Below are positions 10,124 to 20,481 of a DNA stretch of 64,000 nt, in pieces; within the stretch, counting starts at the first letter, position 1; each line of letters starts with the position of its first letter. The translations under genes and the position numbers were made by a program. Source of the DNA: Candidatus Marinacidobacterales bacterium (lineage in GTDB: Bacteria > Acidobacteriota > Vicinamibacteria > Marinacidobacterales > DATDRI01); the NCBI GenBank assembly GCA_965226495.1, contig OZ245365.1, positions 2,496,001 through 2,560,000 on the forward strand, read 5' to 3'. A model generated the notes under the pieces. The model was not told where the DNA came from, did not search any database, and worked only from the letters and a program-made list of their open reading frames with translations.

Positions 10124-10153
10124 AACTCTTCGTCTGGCGGTAGACCTACTCGG

Positions 10154-11989
10154 GACGTGAGAAAAATTCGGATTGCGGGGAGATGGGGATGGTTGGTCCA
10201 CAGTTCTGACGATCACGGCGATCGGGCCGGCATCCCGCGGATTCACGCCGTTATCGGCGCTGGAGTTTCGATGATGCCTTCTGACACGCTGAAACTCGCC
10301 CGGCTGCGTGTGCACAATCGCCGGTCGGGTGGCGCTCACGCCGGCACGGGCTCCGATACCAAGTTCGGCCTCCATCGGAGGCGAATCCACTGCTGGATAT
10401 CGTAGGTGAGGGCGGCCCAGAGAGATTCGGTGCGCACTTTGGCGATTCCGCGCACGCTAAACTGCCGCAGGCCGAACTTGGCTTTGATCCAAAGATTCGG
10501 AAACTCGGCCACCTGCGAGCGTGTCTTATAGATGGCCTTGGCTTCGTCGGTCTGCATCTTCTGCCGGAATGCGGCTATCTCCGGCAAGGGTTCGAGCCTT
10601 TCGATCGACCGACCGCTCGACGTGCGAGGACAGCAGAACTCCTTGACCGAGCACGTGTCGCAATCTTTCGCCGAGGCCTTGTATCGATAGCGCATCATGC
10701 CATCGCGTTCGAACTTTGCGTCGTAGCGTAAACGCTTGCCCTGCGGGCATACGTACGTGTTGCTCGCCTCATCGTGCACAAAGCTCGATGCTTCGAAAGC
10801 CGAAATAATGCCGTAGCGCTGATAGGACTTGCGCCGATTGGCCTCTGCCGACTTGCCCCGGGGCTCAGGGCCGACGAGGTCGATGCCGCGCTTCGCCATC
10901 TCCACGATGTTGTGGCTACTGATGTAGCCCCCATCTACGACCACCTGATCGGGCGTGCGCTGCAGCGTCTGTTCGATCCGTTCCATCGCCGGCGTCAGCT
11001 GCTGATAATCGCTGCCGGCCTGCGTGGCATCGATGTCGACAATCAAGCCGTGCGCGGCATCCGTTAAGATCTGGACGTTGTAGCTGGGCGCGGAACCGCC
11101 CTCGGCTTGCTTCATCACCCGCGCGTCGGGGTCGGTCGTGCTCACGCGCTCCATGCGGCTTTTCGCCGCTTTCAGCTTGTCGAATTCCTTCAACGCTGAT
11201 TCTAGCCGCTGGCGTCTCTCACGCTTGGCGCGTTGCTGCGCTGCCTGCATCTGTCGGCTCGATTCCTCCTCCGTCTGTGCCTCGAGGGCCTCGACCGCCT
11301 CACGCGCCTGCTCCAGATACGCCTCGACTCGAGGCTTACGGCGAAATCTATTCGACGATGCGTTCGCGCGCACCTTCGTCCCATCCTGCATGACCCGCTC
11401 GAGTGGGATCAATCCTTCCGCACTCAGCAGCCCTAACGTTTGCACAAACAACTCGTGCAAGGCGTCCGCATGCGCGACCCGAAAGTCCGACAGCGTGTGC
11501 GCACTGATGCCTTCCATCCCCGTCAGCCATTGATACCCCGGCTCATGCTCGCACAGTCGCTCAATCGCGCGGGCCGAACTCTCTCCCCGGCTGTAGCTGT
11601 AGACCCAAAGGCTCACCAGAAGCTGCGGGTCAAACGCAGGCCGGCCTGCGGCACCGGCGACCGAGCGGACCTGCTCCCTATAGCGACTAAGATCCAGCTG
11701 CCCCACGAACTCCCAGATCGCACGCGCTGGGTGATCCCTGGGGATCAACCGCTCCACGTCGACCGTCCGCAGCAGCATCTGCGTGCGATCGACCACCTTC
11801 AACCGAGCCTCTCCCGCCCGCTCGCACTCATCGCCGTCACCACCATCGCCAGGCACGGGCAAGCCCGGCAACGACGCTTGCTTATCGCCCACGCTTACCC
11901 CACTTCCTCCTACGATTCGTCACGTATCCCATGACCGCAATCTTGCAACATAGCTGCAACGTGAGTAAAGCCCAATTTTTTCTCACGTC
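10154..11989 (-). mobile_element. IS1182-family insertion sequence, apparently complete
   Basis: Terminal inverted repeats GACGTGAGAAAAA (10154-10166) and TTTTTCTCACGTC (11977-11989). Flanking direct repeat CTCGG (10149-10153, 11990-11994); an alternative reading is a 14-bp IR with a 3-bp TCG duplication. Confidence 0.9.
10336..11892 (-). CDS. IS1182-family DDE transposase
   Basis: GRPAFDPQLLVSLWVYSY..SSARAIERLC (DUF772-like), DGTKVRANAS, STTDPDARVM, YNVQ, DGGY, YVCPQGKRL, CxxC, YKTR..VAE. Confidence 0.95.
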   Translation of the reverse strand: MGDKQASLPGLPVPGDGGDGDECERAGEARLKVVDRTQMLLRTVDVERLIPRDHPARAIWEFVGQLDLSRYREQVRSVAGAAGRPAFDPQLLVSLWVYSYSRGESSARAIERLCEHEPGYQWLTGMEGISAHTLSDFRVAHADALHELFVQTLGLLSAEGLIPLERVMQDGTKVRANASSNRFRRKPRVEAYLEQAREAVEALEAQTEEESSRQMQAAQQRAKRERRQRLESALKEFDKLKAAKSRMERVSTTDPDARVMKQAEGGSAPSYNVQILTDAAHGLIVDIDATQAGSDYQQLTPAMERIEQTLQRTPDQVVVDGGYISSHNIVEMAKRGIDLVGPEPRGKSAEANRRKSYQRYGIISAFEASSFVHDEASNTYVCPQGKRLRYDAKFERDGMMRYRYKASAKDCDTCSVKEFCCPRTSSGRSIERLEPLPEIAAFRQKMQTDEAKAIYKTRSQVAEFPNLWIKAKFGLRQFSVRGIAKVRTESLWAALTYDIQQWIRLRWRPNLVSEPVPA

Positions 11990-12020
11990 CTCGGTCCGGA
12001 CCCAGTAACCAAAGGTAACA
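11990..12020 (+). repeat. Copy of the dispersed ~35-bp element interrupted by IS1182 (left part at 10146-10153)
   Basis: The reconstructed empty site reads CTACTCGGTCCGGACCCAGTAACCAAAGGTAACA. Confidence 0.8.
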
Positions 12021-12028
12021 ACAGACCG

Positions 12029-12580
12029 CTACTTGGTGGATTCGAAGCGCTCGTTTGCCTTTCGGAAGTTTTCGCGAAGGGCCTCGACATCGAAGGGGCG
12101 TTCTGCGAGGGTTTTGGAATCCCATTCGCTGCGGCCAGGCGCGAAGAAGTTTCCGCCGTAGATGTGGATCGCTCCTGTGAGTTGGGGAATCGGGTTGATC
12201 ACCGAGTGGATTCCGTTTTCTCCGAGAGGAAACACTTCTTTCTCAGACAACGATGCGGCTCGCTTCGCCTGCACCGTTGATCCCTCTCGCTGCCAAAGAA
12301 TGTTGTCCTCGCGCCCGGTATAGATGCCGATCGAAGCCCACATGTTGTGGTTGTGAGGCAGGAGCACCATGAGAGGAGCCCAGATCACGTTGAGGATCGT
12401 GAGGTCGTCCTCGTGGTGGAGGACGCCCAATCCCGCGGTCTCCGGCTCCCCCAAGCCCTCGAGAACGCGGCCCGGTTCCGACACCGCCCGTGCCAAGACC
12501 TCGCTCACCGCCCCTTGACCGTTGAGATTGGCCCTCTTTACCTCGTCAACGAATCGCTCGGTATCAAACTTCTTGGTCAT
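12029..12580 (-). CDS. Cupin-fold protein, cysteine-dioxygenase-like
   Basis: LPHNHNMWA.IGIYTGREDN ... GIHSVIN ... GAIHIYGG. Confidence 0.8.
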   Translation of the reverse strand: MTKKFDTERFVDEVKRANLNGQGAVSEVLARAVSEPGRVLEGLGEPETAGLGVLHHEDDLTILNVIWAPLMVLLPHNHNMWASIGIYTGREDNILWQREGSTVQAKRAASLSEKEVFPLGENGIHSVINPIPQLTGAIHIYGGNFFAPGRSEWDSKTLAERPFDVEALRENFRKANERFESTK

Positions 12581-12681
12581 GGGTGGTCTCTCCAGTTCGT
12601 CCCCGGGCGACGGTGGTCGCAGCTAGGAGAACGACACTTCCTCCCTCCTACTGGGCGCGGGGCATCGCTCGGGATTATACC

Positions 12682-12716
12682 GATACTCGGTGCGGACCGA
12701 GTATCCAAAAGTAACA
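12682..12716 (+). repeat. Copy of the dispersed ~35-bp element
   Basis: GATACTCGGT-GCGG-ACCGAGTATC-CAAAA-GTAACA (10-bp perfect arms). A minus-strand TATAAT lies adjacent at 12674-12679. Confidence 0.8.
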
Positions 12717-12744
12717 AGACCCCAGGGAGTTGGGGTATGTCGGC

Positions 12745-15020
12745 CTACTCCACCTCAATCGTCACTCGCTCGAGCTTCCCCGTGAACGGAAACGGAGGTT
12801 CGTAAGTCCAGCTCACCGGTGAGCCCCAGTCCTCACCGACGTCCAGGGTTTCGTCGTACGTGAAGAGAATCGGCACGGTCTTGTCGATCCGGCCTCGAGC
12901 CACCTGCTTACCGTTGACGGACATTGTGCCCATGCCGCCCTTTCCGCGGCCGCCTCCGTCATAAACGAAGTCGAACCGAAGCGTGGACTTCCCCACCGGC
13001 AAGGGATCTGAAGAGGCGATGGTGTAGCGCTCCAAAGCGAACCAGTTATAGACGAACGTCGGTATCCCGTCTTGCACCATGAGCACGAAGCCGGCAGGCG
13101 AGCCACCGAGGGTCACGATGACTCCTTCTGTCATGCTTTCCGCAGTCTCGATTTCAGCGACAATAGAAAACGACCGGTTCTTGATATCAATGACTCCCTG
13201 TTCCGGCATTCGAGAGATGCCGGGCCCGTAGACCACTTTGTTGCCGGTGGTTAGTTGTGGGCCGTGTCGGGTCGCCAGCAGCGCCGCCATGTCGTCGCGC
13301 AGCGGATACACGTGGTGTTCTTCGGCCTGGTGGTTGAAGAGTTGCTTCAGCGTCTCGAGTTTCTCCGGGTGGGTCTCTGCCAAGTTCTTCGATTGGCCAT
13401 AGTCGTTTTCCAGATCGTAGAGCTCCCACTCGTCGTTCGCGAAGTCACCCGGACTCCCCAGGCTGGTTCCCGTAAAGCCGTGGCGAGTTCCAGCCCACCA
13501 TCCTTCTTGGTAAATGGCGCGGGTGCCTATCGACTCGAAATACTGGGTCGTGTGTCTGCTCGGGGCGTCTTGGTCGTCGAACGTGTAGATCATACTGACG
13601 CCTTCGATCGGCTTTTGCTGGATGCCGTTGACCGTTTCGGGCTCCGGAAGGCCGGAAGCCTCGAGGATCGTCGGTACGATATCGATCAGATGGTGAAACT
13701 GCGTGCGGAGGCCACCATTGTCCTTGATTCGAGCGGGCCAAGAGATGACCATGCCGCTCCGCACGCCCCCGAGATGGGAAGCCACCGGCTTTCCCCACAT
13801 GAACGGTGCGCTGGTGGCGTAGGCCACGTTGCGGGCATGGAGCCATAGGAGCGCGGGCCACCAAGCTCGTCGATTTCGTCGAGCATTCTCTCCAAGGGAT
13901 AGGTCACGCCATTGGTAAACGCTGACTTGTTGTTGCTCCCTTGGAGTCCACCTTCCGGCGTGGGGCCGTTGTCACCGGGTATATAGATGATGAGTGTGTT
14001 GTCGATGTCACCCATCTGCTCAATAGCTTCGATGATGCGACCGACTTGGAAATCGGTATGCTCGAACGAACCGGAGACAACCTCCATCCACCGGGCACCG
14101 ACTTTTTTCTCTATGTCGGTGAGCTCGTCCCAGTGCGGCAAGATCCCTTCCGGCCATGCGCTGAGCTTCGTATCGGAAGGTACGACCCCCAGCGCGATCT
14201 GCCTAGTCAATGTTCGCGTTCGGAGATTGTCATAGCCGTCGTCAAACTTGCCTTTGTACTTGGCGATGAAACTCTTGGGCGCTGCAACCGGCGGCTTGTG
14301 GGCTGCCGGAGCCCAATAGGCGAACCAGGGTTTCTCGGGATAGACCGTCTGCTGCTGCTGGATCCACCGTATCGCCTTGTCGGCCATGTCGGCCTCGAAG
14401 TGATATCCCTCGTCTGGCGTCTTCGCGGGGCGGACGGGTGTAGTGTTCTCCCAAATGGGCGTATACCAACTGTTGGCGCCGGCGCCGAAGAAACCGTAGA
14501 AATAATCGAAACCGAAGCTTGTCGGCCATCGGTCGAACGGTCCCACCGGCGTGATCTCGTAGACCGGCGTCAGGTGTGATTTGCCGAACCAGGCCGTGGC
14601 GTAGCCGTTCTGACGCAGAATCTCGCCAACCGTCGCGGCGCTTTTCGGAATGATGGCGTTGTAGCTCGGATGGTCGCTCGCCATTTCCGGAGTGAAGCCC
14701 ATTCCGACGGAGTGAGCGTTGCGGCCGGTGAGGAGCGCCGCGCGGGATGCCGCACAGACGGCGTTGGTGTGAAAGTAGTTATAACGCAGTCCCTCGTTCG
14801 CGAGCCGATCGAGGGTGGGCGTGTTGACGGGTCCGCCGAAGGTGCTTGGCTGGCCGAAACCGACGTCGTCACCCATGACCAGCAGGACGTTGGGAGCTCC
14901 CTCGGGTGCCCGAAGATCTTGCGCGGAGTCGGGTGGCAAGACCGTCCGATCCGAAGTGGCCGGGGGGCTGCAAGCGACGATGCCCAGTAGAACGACCATC
15001 GGGAGAAGAAAACGCTTCAT
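12745..15020 (-). pseudogene. Arylsulfatase (lipoprotein) split by a 1-nt frameshift at ~13825
   Basis: PNVLLVMGDDVGFG, CAASRAALLTGR, GKSH, GDNG. The minus strand reads acg TGG CC tac; adding one G joins GSMPATW to AYATSAPF. Could be a sequencing error. Confidence 0.85.
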
Positions 15021-15058
15021 TCCATCCTCACAAAGTGGGCCTGAGCAGTAGATCAAAC

Positions 15059-15086
15059 CTAGTCGGTCCGAGTAATCATAAGTAAC
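15059..15086 (+). repeat. Internally deleted copy of the dispersed ~35-bp element
   Basis: CTAGTCGGTCCG-AGTAATCATAAGTAAC lacks 5 bp of the palindrome centre. Confidence 0.6.
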
Positions 15087-15134
15087 TGCGTTGGAGGCCG
15101 GGGGACAGTCTTTCGCAGCCTTGCATTGAGCATT

Positions 15135-15161
15135 GAGGGACAGGCTCGGTGCCTGCCCCTC
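15135..15161 (-). terminator. Hairpin just downstream of the 15175..15945 gene (terminator or REP-like)
   Basis: GAGGGACAGGC-TCGGT-GCCTGCCCCTC. Confidence 0.4.
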
Positions 15162-15174
15162 GGTTACGGCACCG

Positions 15175-15945
15175 CTAGTCCGAATTGGGATTGCTCGGTC
15201 TGTAGCTCAGGTCTTCTCGGTACGTCAGGATCGTAAAATTAGTACTGTGGAAGCTCGTCTTGGAAAGGACGTCCATAATGGCGTTGCTCTCGGTCCGTCC
15301 GTAGGCGTCTTCCAGCATTTTGGGGAAACCCCTCGGCCGACCAATCGACGCCCAGCTCTTGTGGACCCACCACACGAGGAAGGCCGGCTGACGGCCTCCT
15401 GCTACGACGCGGCTGAAATAGTACTGCAGGTCGGAGTCGGCCTTGGCGATCGCGGCCGGGAGCTTACCGACTGCGTTCACGTACTCCTCCGCCTTCTCCG
15501 GCTTCGCATAGACCGTAACCACCAGGGCGAGCTTTGCTGGAGGCGTCCCCTTAGGAGGTGTGACACTATGCGTCGGCAAGTCGACAATATAGCTGGTCTC
15601 CATAGACTCGGTGTAGGGCCCGGCGTTTTTCTTCCAATCTGCCGCGTCCTCCGGTCCCGACACCGGGATGTTGTCGAAATCGGACCATTTGTGCTCGAAC
15701 GTACCAATGGTGAAGTCCCCCGTGTTTTCGCCGCTCGAAATTTGGTGAACTTCCCACTGCCAGGGGTCGCCTTTCTTACGGTGATACTCCATGTGCTTCT
15801 TGGCGCCCTCGACCCATTGGTCCGTCATTCCGGGCTTGGGCTTCACATGGATCATCATTCCCACCACGTCCTCCTCTTGTGACGCGGCGGGCAACGCGGT
15901 GAAGACCAGACCCAGCGCACCGCCGATAAGAAGTAGCCTCTTCAT
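15175..15945 (-). CDS. Secreted hypothetical protein with two similar dimeric alpha/beta-barrel-like halves
   Basis: Signal peptide. Repeated hVKPKPG..W/Y pattern in both halves (HVKPKPGMTDQW, YAKPEKAEEY). Confidence 0.7.
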   Translation of the reverse strand: MKRLLLIGGALGLVFTALPAASQEEDVVGMMIHVKPKPGMTDQWVEGAKKHMEYHRKKGDPWQWEVHQISSGENTGDFTIGTFEHKWSDFDNIPVSGPEDAADWKKNAGPYTESMETSYIVDLPTHSVTPPKGTPPAKLALVVTVYAKPEKAEEYVNAVGKLPAAIAKADSDLQYYFSRVVAGGRQPAFLVWWVHKSWASIGRPRGFPKMLEDAYGRTESNAIMDVLSKTSFHSTNFTILTYREDLSYRPSNPNSD

Positions 15946-16046
15946 TCTTGCCCCCTTTGCCCTCTATGAATTCCAGAGCTTTCTGCTCGCAGATTTGGCA
16001 CAACCCTACGCACGGCATCATCGCAAGTCAAGGGACCTGTCGTGCG

Positions 16047-16083
16047 CTACTCGGTCCGGACCGAGCAACCCAAACTATTAACA
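16047..16083 (+). repeat. Copy of the dispersed ~35-bp element
   Basis: CTA-CTCGGTCCGGACCGAG (perfect 16-bp palindrome, 16050-16065)-CAACCCAAACTATTAACA. Confidence 0.75.
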
Positions 16084-16099
16084 ATACGCGGCGGAGCCG

Positions 16100-17533
16100 C
16101 TATCGTTCGGACACCGCATCTCGAAAACGCTCGTCGCTTTCGGCGATAGCGTAGGCCATGAACGCCATCGCTGCTAAGTTGCGCCTCACGGATTCCAGGT
16201 TCACCTTGTCGAAGGTGTCCCCATCGCTGTGATGAAAGATGAAGTAACGACTCGGGTCGTTTCGTAGCGCAACGGCCAAGACCCCCTTCTCCTCCAAGGG
16301 AGCTAGGTCCGGGGCCCAGGCTTCGGGCGGCAGTCCGCCCGGGCCACCGTAGTCCACCCACACGGCGCCAATTGGATCTAGAAGGCGGGCCCACTGGCGA
16401 ATTAGATCCAGCGTCCTTCCCTTCTGGCTAACGCGGAATCCAATGGGATCGTCGGCGCCGGCGTCGGCTTCGATCGCGGCCACGTGTCGTTCGAGCTCGT
16501 CCGAGGGCATGTCGGCGTATCGCTTCGCGCCCGGTGCCCGGATCTCCTCGGTCATGAACAAGACCGTCCGGATCGTTCGGCGCGGCACGAGCCCAAGCTC
16601 CTTGAGAAGACGTGGTGTCTCCATGGCGATGGCGGAGCCGACGGCGTCGTCGAACGCTCCCGTCCCGAGATCCCAGGAATCGAGATGGGCACCGACCACG
16701 ACGATCTCATCTGGATTTTCCCGTCCTCGAATCTCGCCGATCACATTGGCCGATTCGACCTCACCCTCGGGTCCACAGGTCATCACCAATCGCACGGTAG
16801 GTTTCTCACCGGTGGCGATCAGCCGATGGAGAAGATCGCCGGCTTCGGTCGCCAAGGCGGCATGCGGGATACGCGGGACGTCGTCCACGTAGTACGTTGC
16901 TCCAGTGTGCGGCGTACCCAAGCTGCCGGTGGCGAGGGAGCGAATCATGGATGCCGCGGCTCCGAGTTTGGCCGCCTCCACGGCGCCACGGCTACGGTAG
17001 CGGATCTGTTCACCGTAGGCTTGAAGAGGGTGTACATCCGGCTTCAGCGGCGTGTGGTAGTAAACGATTTTCCCCTCTACCGCTTCTCCCAACTGAGAGA
17101 GCTCTTCGAAACTCGATACCTCGATGACCTCGGCGGTGATCCCCGCCTCCGGTGTGCCCACGCTCCCTCCAAGTGCGGTCAAAGGCAATTTCTGTCGGCT
17201 AGGAGTCAAGAGCTCCCCGGTCTCGACACCTCGCACCCATTTCGGAACGGTCACCGGCTGGAGCCTGACGTTCTCGAACCCGTCCTTCTTCATCCGCTCC
17301 GCCGTCCATCGGACGGCTTCGGCTGCTTGGGGAGAGCCACTCAGCCGAGGGCCGATGCCATCGGTGAGATGTCTCAGTATTTCCATTGCGCGATCGTTGC
17401 GGTTTGCGGCGGCGATGATCTGACGCGCCGCTCGTTCGAGATCCCGCTCGGGTGGACGAGAGTGCGCGGTGAAAGCGCAGAGCACAAAGAGCGCGATAGA
17501 AAAAGACAACAACAGGCTGGAACGAGACGTCAT
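16100..17533 (-). CDS. M28 family peptidase (carboxypeptidase Q-like), secreted
   Basis: IGPRLSGS, PHTG, GAHLDSWDLGTGAFDD, TEE, HHSDGDTFDK. Confidence 0.92.
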   Translation of the reverse strand: MTSRSSLLLSFSIALFVLCAFTAHSRPPERDLERAARQIIAAANRNDRAMEILRHLTDGIGPRLSGSPQAAEAVRWTAERMKKDGFENVRLQPVTVPKWVRGVETGELLTPSRQKLPLTALGGSVGTPEAGITAEVIEVSSFEELSQLGEAVEGKIVYYHTPLKPDVHPLQAYGEQIRYRSRGAVEAAKLGAAASMIRSLATGSLGTPHTGATYYVDDVPRIPHAALATEAGDLLHRLIATGEKPTVRLVMTCGPEGEVESANVIGEIRGRENPDEIVVVGAHLDSWDLGTGAFDDAVGSAIAMETPRLLKELGLVPRRTIRTVLFMTEEIRAPGAKRYADMPSDELERHVAAIEADAGADDPIGFRVSQKGRTLDLIRQWARLLDPIGAVWVDYGGPGGLPPEAWAPDLAPLEEKGVLAVALRNDPSRYFIFHHSDGDTFDKVNLESVRRNLAAMAFMAYAIAESDERFRDAVSER

Positions 17534-17548
17534 GTGACCTCCTTCAAT

Positions 17549-18526
17549 CTAGTCGAAGTATCTGGCGAGGGCGTGCCGCTCGATCCCGGAGAGAGGAACA
17601 TCGAGAGCACGCCGGCCGCCCTCCAGATGGTCGGGCGTTCTGGGGCCGAGGACGACCGCCGTCGTGCGGGGATGGGAAAGAACCCAGGCAGTGGCGAGAG
17701 TCGCGGGGTCGGTTCCTCGAGCCTCGGCCGCCTTAGTAAGAGCCGCAACGGCTCGGAAGGTCTTCTCCTGAACGAGATCGGCGTACGCTTCCGGACGGAG
17801 ACTCATTCGCGAGCCTTCTGGATAGGCCTTCCCGGCTCGATACTTTCCCGTCAGCCACCCGCCGGCGAGCGGTCCGTAGGGCGTGAAGCCGAGATTCTGA
17901 TCCTCGCAGAGGGGCAATACCTCGGTATTTCGGATCCGGTCGAGGAGATTGTAGGAGTTCTGCACCCAATCGAATCGTACCAGTCCGTACTTGTCACTGA
18001 TCCACAGGGCCCGAACGAGACGCCACGCTTCGATGTTGCTCGCGCCGATATAGTGAATCTTGCCTTGGTGAACCAGGTCGTCCAGGACACCGAGGGTCTC
18101 CTCGAGCGGAGTGTTCGGGTCCAGCCCGTGAATGACAAACATATCCAATCGCTCGACGCCAAGGCGACGAAGACTGACGTCGACTTGCCCAAGAATGTGA
18201 CGTCGCGATAAACCGCGATCGTTTGGCCCTTTGCCGACTGGCATCGAGGCCTTGGTGCTAATGAGGAGTTGGTCTTTCACCGATGCCGGTTGGGTCTTGA
18301 GCCAGCGTCCGACGATCGACTCGCTGTTTCCCGCTCCATAAACATTTGCGGTGTCCAGGAAGTTGATTCCCAACTCTACGGCGTGGTTCATCAGGGCACA
18401 GGCTTGTTCTTCTGTCTCGCCCATGCCTGCGAAACTGGGATCGGATCCGATCCCACCGAAGTTCGCGCAGCCGAGACCGAGCCGTGAAACCTTGAGCCCG
18501 GTTCGTCCGAGAGAAACGTAATCCAT
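17549..18526 (-). CDS. Aldo/keto reductase
   Basis: LGRTGLKVSRLGLG, DTANVYG, GLSRRHI, IGASN, PYGPLAGGWLTGKY. Confidence 0.95.
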   Translation of the reverse strand: MDYVSLGRTGLKVSRLGLGCANFGGIGSDPSFAGMGETEEQACALMNHAVELGINFLDTANVYGAGNSESIVGRWLKTQPASVKDQLLISTKASMPVGKGPNDRGLSRRHILGQVDVSLRRLGVERLDMFVIHGLDPNTPLEETLGVLDDLVHQGKIHYIGASNIEAWRLVRALWISDKYGLVRFDWVQNSYNLLDRIRNTEVLPLCEDQNLGFTPYGPLAGGWLTGKYRAGKAYPEGSRMSLRPEAYADLVQEKTFRAVAALTKAAEARGTDPATLATAWVLSHPRTTAVVLGPRTPDHLEGGRRALDVPLSGIERHALARYFD

Positions 18527-18535
18527 AGCGAGTTG

Positions 18536-19843
18536 CTACTTCTGGGGTTTTTGCCCTTCGAAAGGGCTCCCCTTGAACGCCAAGGCCAGCATCAAGCCCG
18601 CCGAGGTCAACAACGCCACCAGAAATCCGGCCAGAACCCATTGATAAGAGCCGAGATAATCGAAGCCCAAGCCCATGAGAAGAGGACCACACATCCAACC
18701 TACGACGTACACCGCCACCACATAACCGTAGATCTCGGCGAACGATCGGAGCCCGAAGTATTGGGTCACCAGATAAGGGATGAGGCTGTCCGAGCTCGAC
18801 GCGATCCCGACCAGAAAGGCGCCGACGAACGCGAGGCTGCCGACCGCTCCGCTCCAAAGCAAAAATATCCCGAGTCCGGCGATCGCGAACAAACAGGCGC
18901 CCAAGTAGGGCGCGAAGAACCGGTCCAAGAGATAGCCGACCGTCAATCGTCCCACTAACGACGCGCCCCCGAGAACCGACGCGGTCAATGCGGCATCGAG
19001 GCTCGATACGCCCCGATCCATGAGCATCGGTACCAGGTGGGTCATGACGCCGACGACGCTCGTCGCAAGGAGCAAGAAGGCCGGGGCCACTAACCAAAAG
19101 GTGATGCTGCGTCGGGCCTCTGAAGCCGGGATGCCCTCGTCCTCCTTCTTCCCGGATTCTATGACTGGTGTTTCGGATATCTCGCCGTCCGGTAGAAGAC
19201 CCATCTGCTGCGGAGTTTCCTTGAACAAGACCGCCACGATCGGGATCGTCACCGAGATGACCATGAGTCCGATGAGGACGTAGGCCTGGCGCCAACCGAA
19301 CGTCGCGATCAAGCTATTGGCCAAGGACGGCATGAAAAAGGCGCTCAACCCGTTTCCGCTCAGAGCGAGACCAAATGCCAAGCCACGCCTCCGCTTGAAC
19401 CAGCGACTCAAGACACTGAAATAAAGCATCGAGGTCGTTCCGCCTCCGACGATCCCGATGACGGCATAGACCGCGTACAAGTGCCACAGGTTCGGCGTGA
19501 GGGCCGAGAGGGAGCCGAAGCACAGGCCGAAGAGCAGAAGCGCCGGCAAGAGGATTTTCCTCGCTCCGAGACGATCGACGAGTCGGCCAATAAATGGCTG
19601 CCCGGCACCGTAGCTAAGCATGGCCAGCGAATAGGCGGCGGAGATCTCACCGCGACTCCATTGAAACGTCTCGGCGAGATGATTGAAAAAAACACCGAAG
19701 GTGAAGGTGACCACCGGGCCGTAGCACATGAAGAGCCCGACCGCGGCCGAGAGAACCACCCACCAGCCGTAAAAGGGCTTCTTTCCTCGAGGGGGTGCCG
19801 CGGGGGGCCGGGGGGGCGGTTGAGGCTCGGGCGTCTTTGTCAT
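18536..19843 (-). CDS. MFS transporter (monocarboxylate/OFA-like)
   Basis: YGWWVV, GRLVDRLGAR motif A, WFKRRRGLAFG, about 12 TM segments. Confidence 0.92.
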   Translation of the reverse strand: MTKTPEPQPPPRPPAAPPRGKKPFYGWWVVLSAAVGLFMCYGPVVTFTFGVFFNHLAETFQWSRGEISAAYSLAMLSYGAGQPFIGRLVDRLGARKILLPALLLFGLCFGSLSALTPNLWHLYAVYAVIGIVGGGTTSMLYFSVLSRWFKRRRGLAFGLALSGNGLSAFFMPSLANSLIATFGWRQAYVLIGLMVISVTIPIVAVLFKETPQQMGLLPDGEISETPVIESGKKEDEGIPASEARRSITFWLVAPAFLLLATSVVGVMTHLVPMLMDRGVSSLDAALTASVLGGASLVGRLTVGYLLDRFFAPYLGACLFAIAGLGIFLLWSGAVGSLAFVGAFLVGIASSSDSLIPYLVTQYFGLRSFAEIYGYVVAVYVVGWMCGPLLMGLGFDYLGSYQWVLAGFLVALLTSAGLMLALAFKGSPFEGQKPQK

Positions 19844-19981
19844 TTCGACCTCGGGGAAAACAGTGGAGAACGAGCGCGCCGACTCTATCAAAAGGCAGGG
19901 TGGTCCATCCACTCACAACCGGTTTCCTTCAAGGCGGCCGAATCAGATAGGATACGAGAGCTCAGAAACGGAGGTAGGCAT

Positions 19982-20470
19982 ATGTTGATCGGGTTGAGAA
20001 CAATTTCAGGAAAACTCGCCCTGACACTTCTCTTCTTCCCGCCCCTGTCCGAGGCTCAGTCCGAAGAGAAAAGCGTTCTGGCCGTCGTTCAACGGTTTTT
20101 TGACGCCGATGCGGCAAAGGATGTGGAAGGGGCGCGGGACGTCACGTTTCCGGAAGCGCGTTTTTTCTCCGTCCGCACGGAAGATGGCCAGAAAGTCGTG
20201 CGCAACTTCACTATTAAGGGGTACCTGGAGGACCTCCCGGCGCGCGAGGAGACAGTGCGCGAACGGATGTGGGAGCCGACGGTGCTGATCCATCAGGAAA
20301 TCGCGGTGGTGTGGACGCGCTACGATTTCTATCGAGACGGACGATTTAGCAACTGCGGTATCGATGCCTGGAATCTCATCAAAACGCCCGAGGGCTGGAA
20401 AATCTCAGGAGGCAGCTACACGGTCGAGCGCATGGATTGTCCTGAAAGCCCGCTGGGTCCTCCAGAGTGA
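19982..20470 (+). CDS. Secreted NTF2/SnoaL-like protein
   Basis: GGAGG RBS and signal peptide. ERMWEPTVLIHQEIAVVWTRYDFY...CGIDAWNLIKTPEGWKI. Confidence 0.8.
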   Translation: MLIGLRTISGKLALTLLFFPPLSEAQSEEKSVLAVVQRFFDADAAKDVEGARDVTFPEARFFSVRTEDGQKVVRNFTIKGYLEDLPAREETVRERMWEPTVLIHQEIAVVWTRYDFYRDGRFSNCGIDAWNLIKTPEGWKISGGSYTVERMDCPESPLGPPE

Positions 20471-20481
20471 ATATCTCTCCC

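Noticed and set aside
11990-16083. Repeats as a CRISPR array or integron attC sites
   Set aside because: The spacing is gene-sized and irregular, and no cas or intI gene is present. On the coding strand the order is GTT...AAC rather than attC's RYYYAAC...GTTRRRY.
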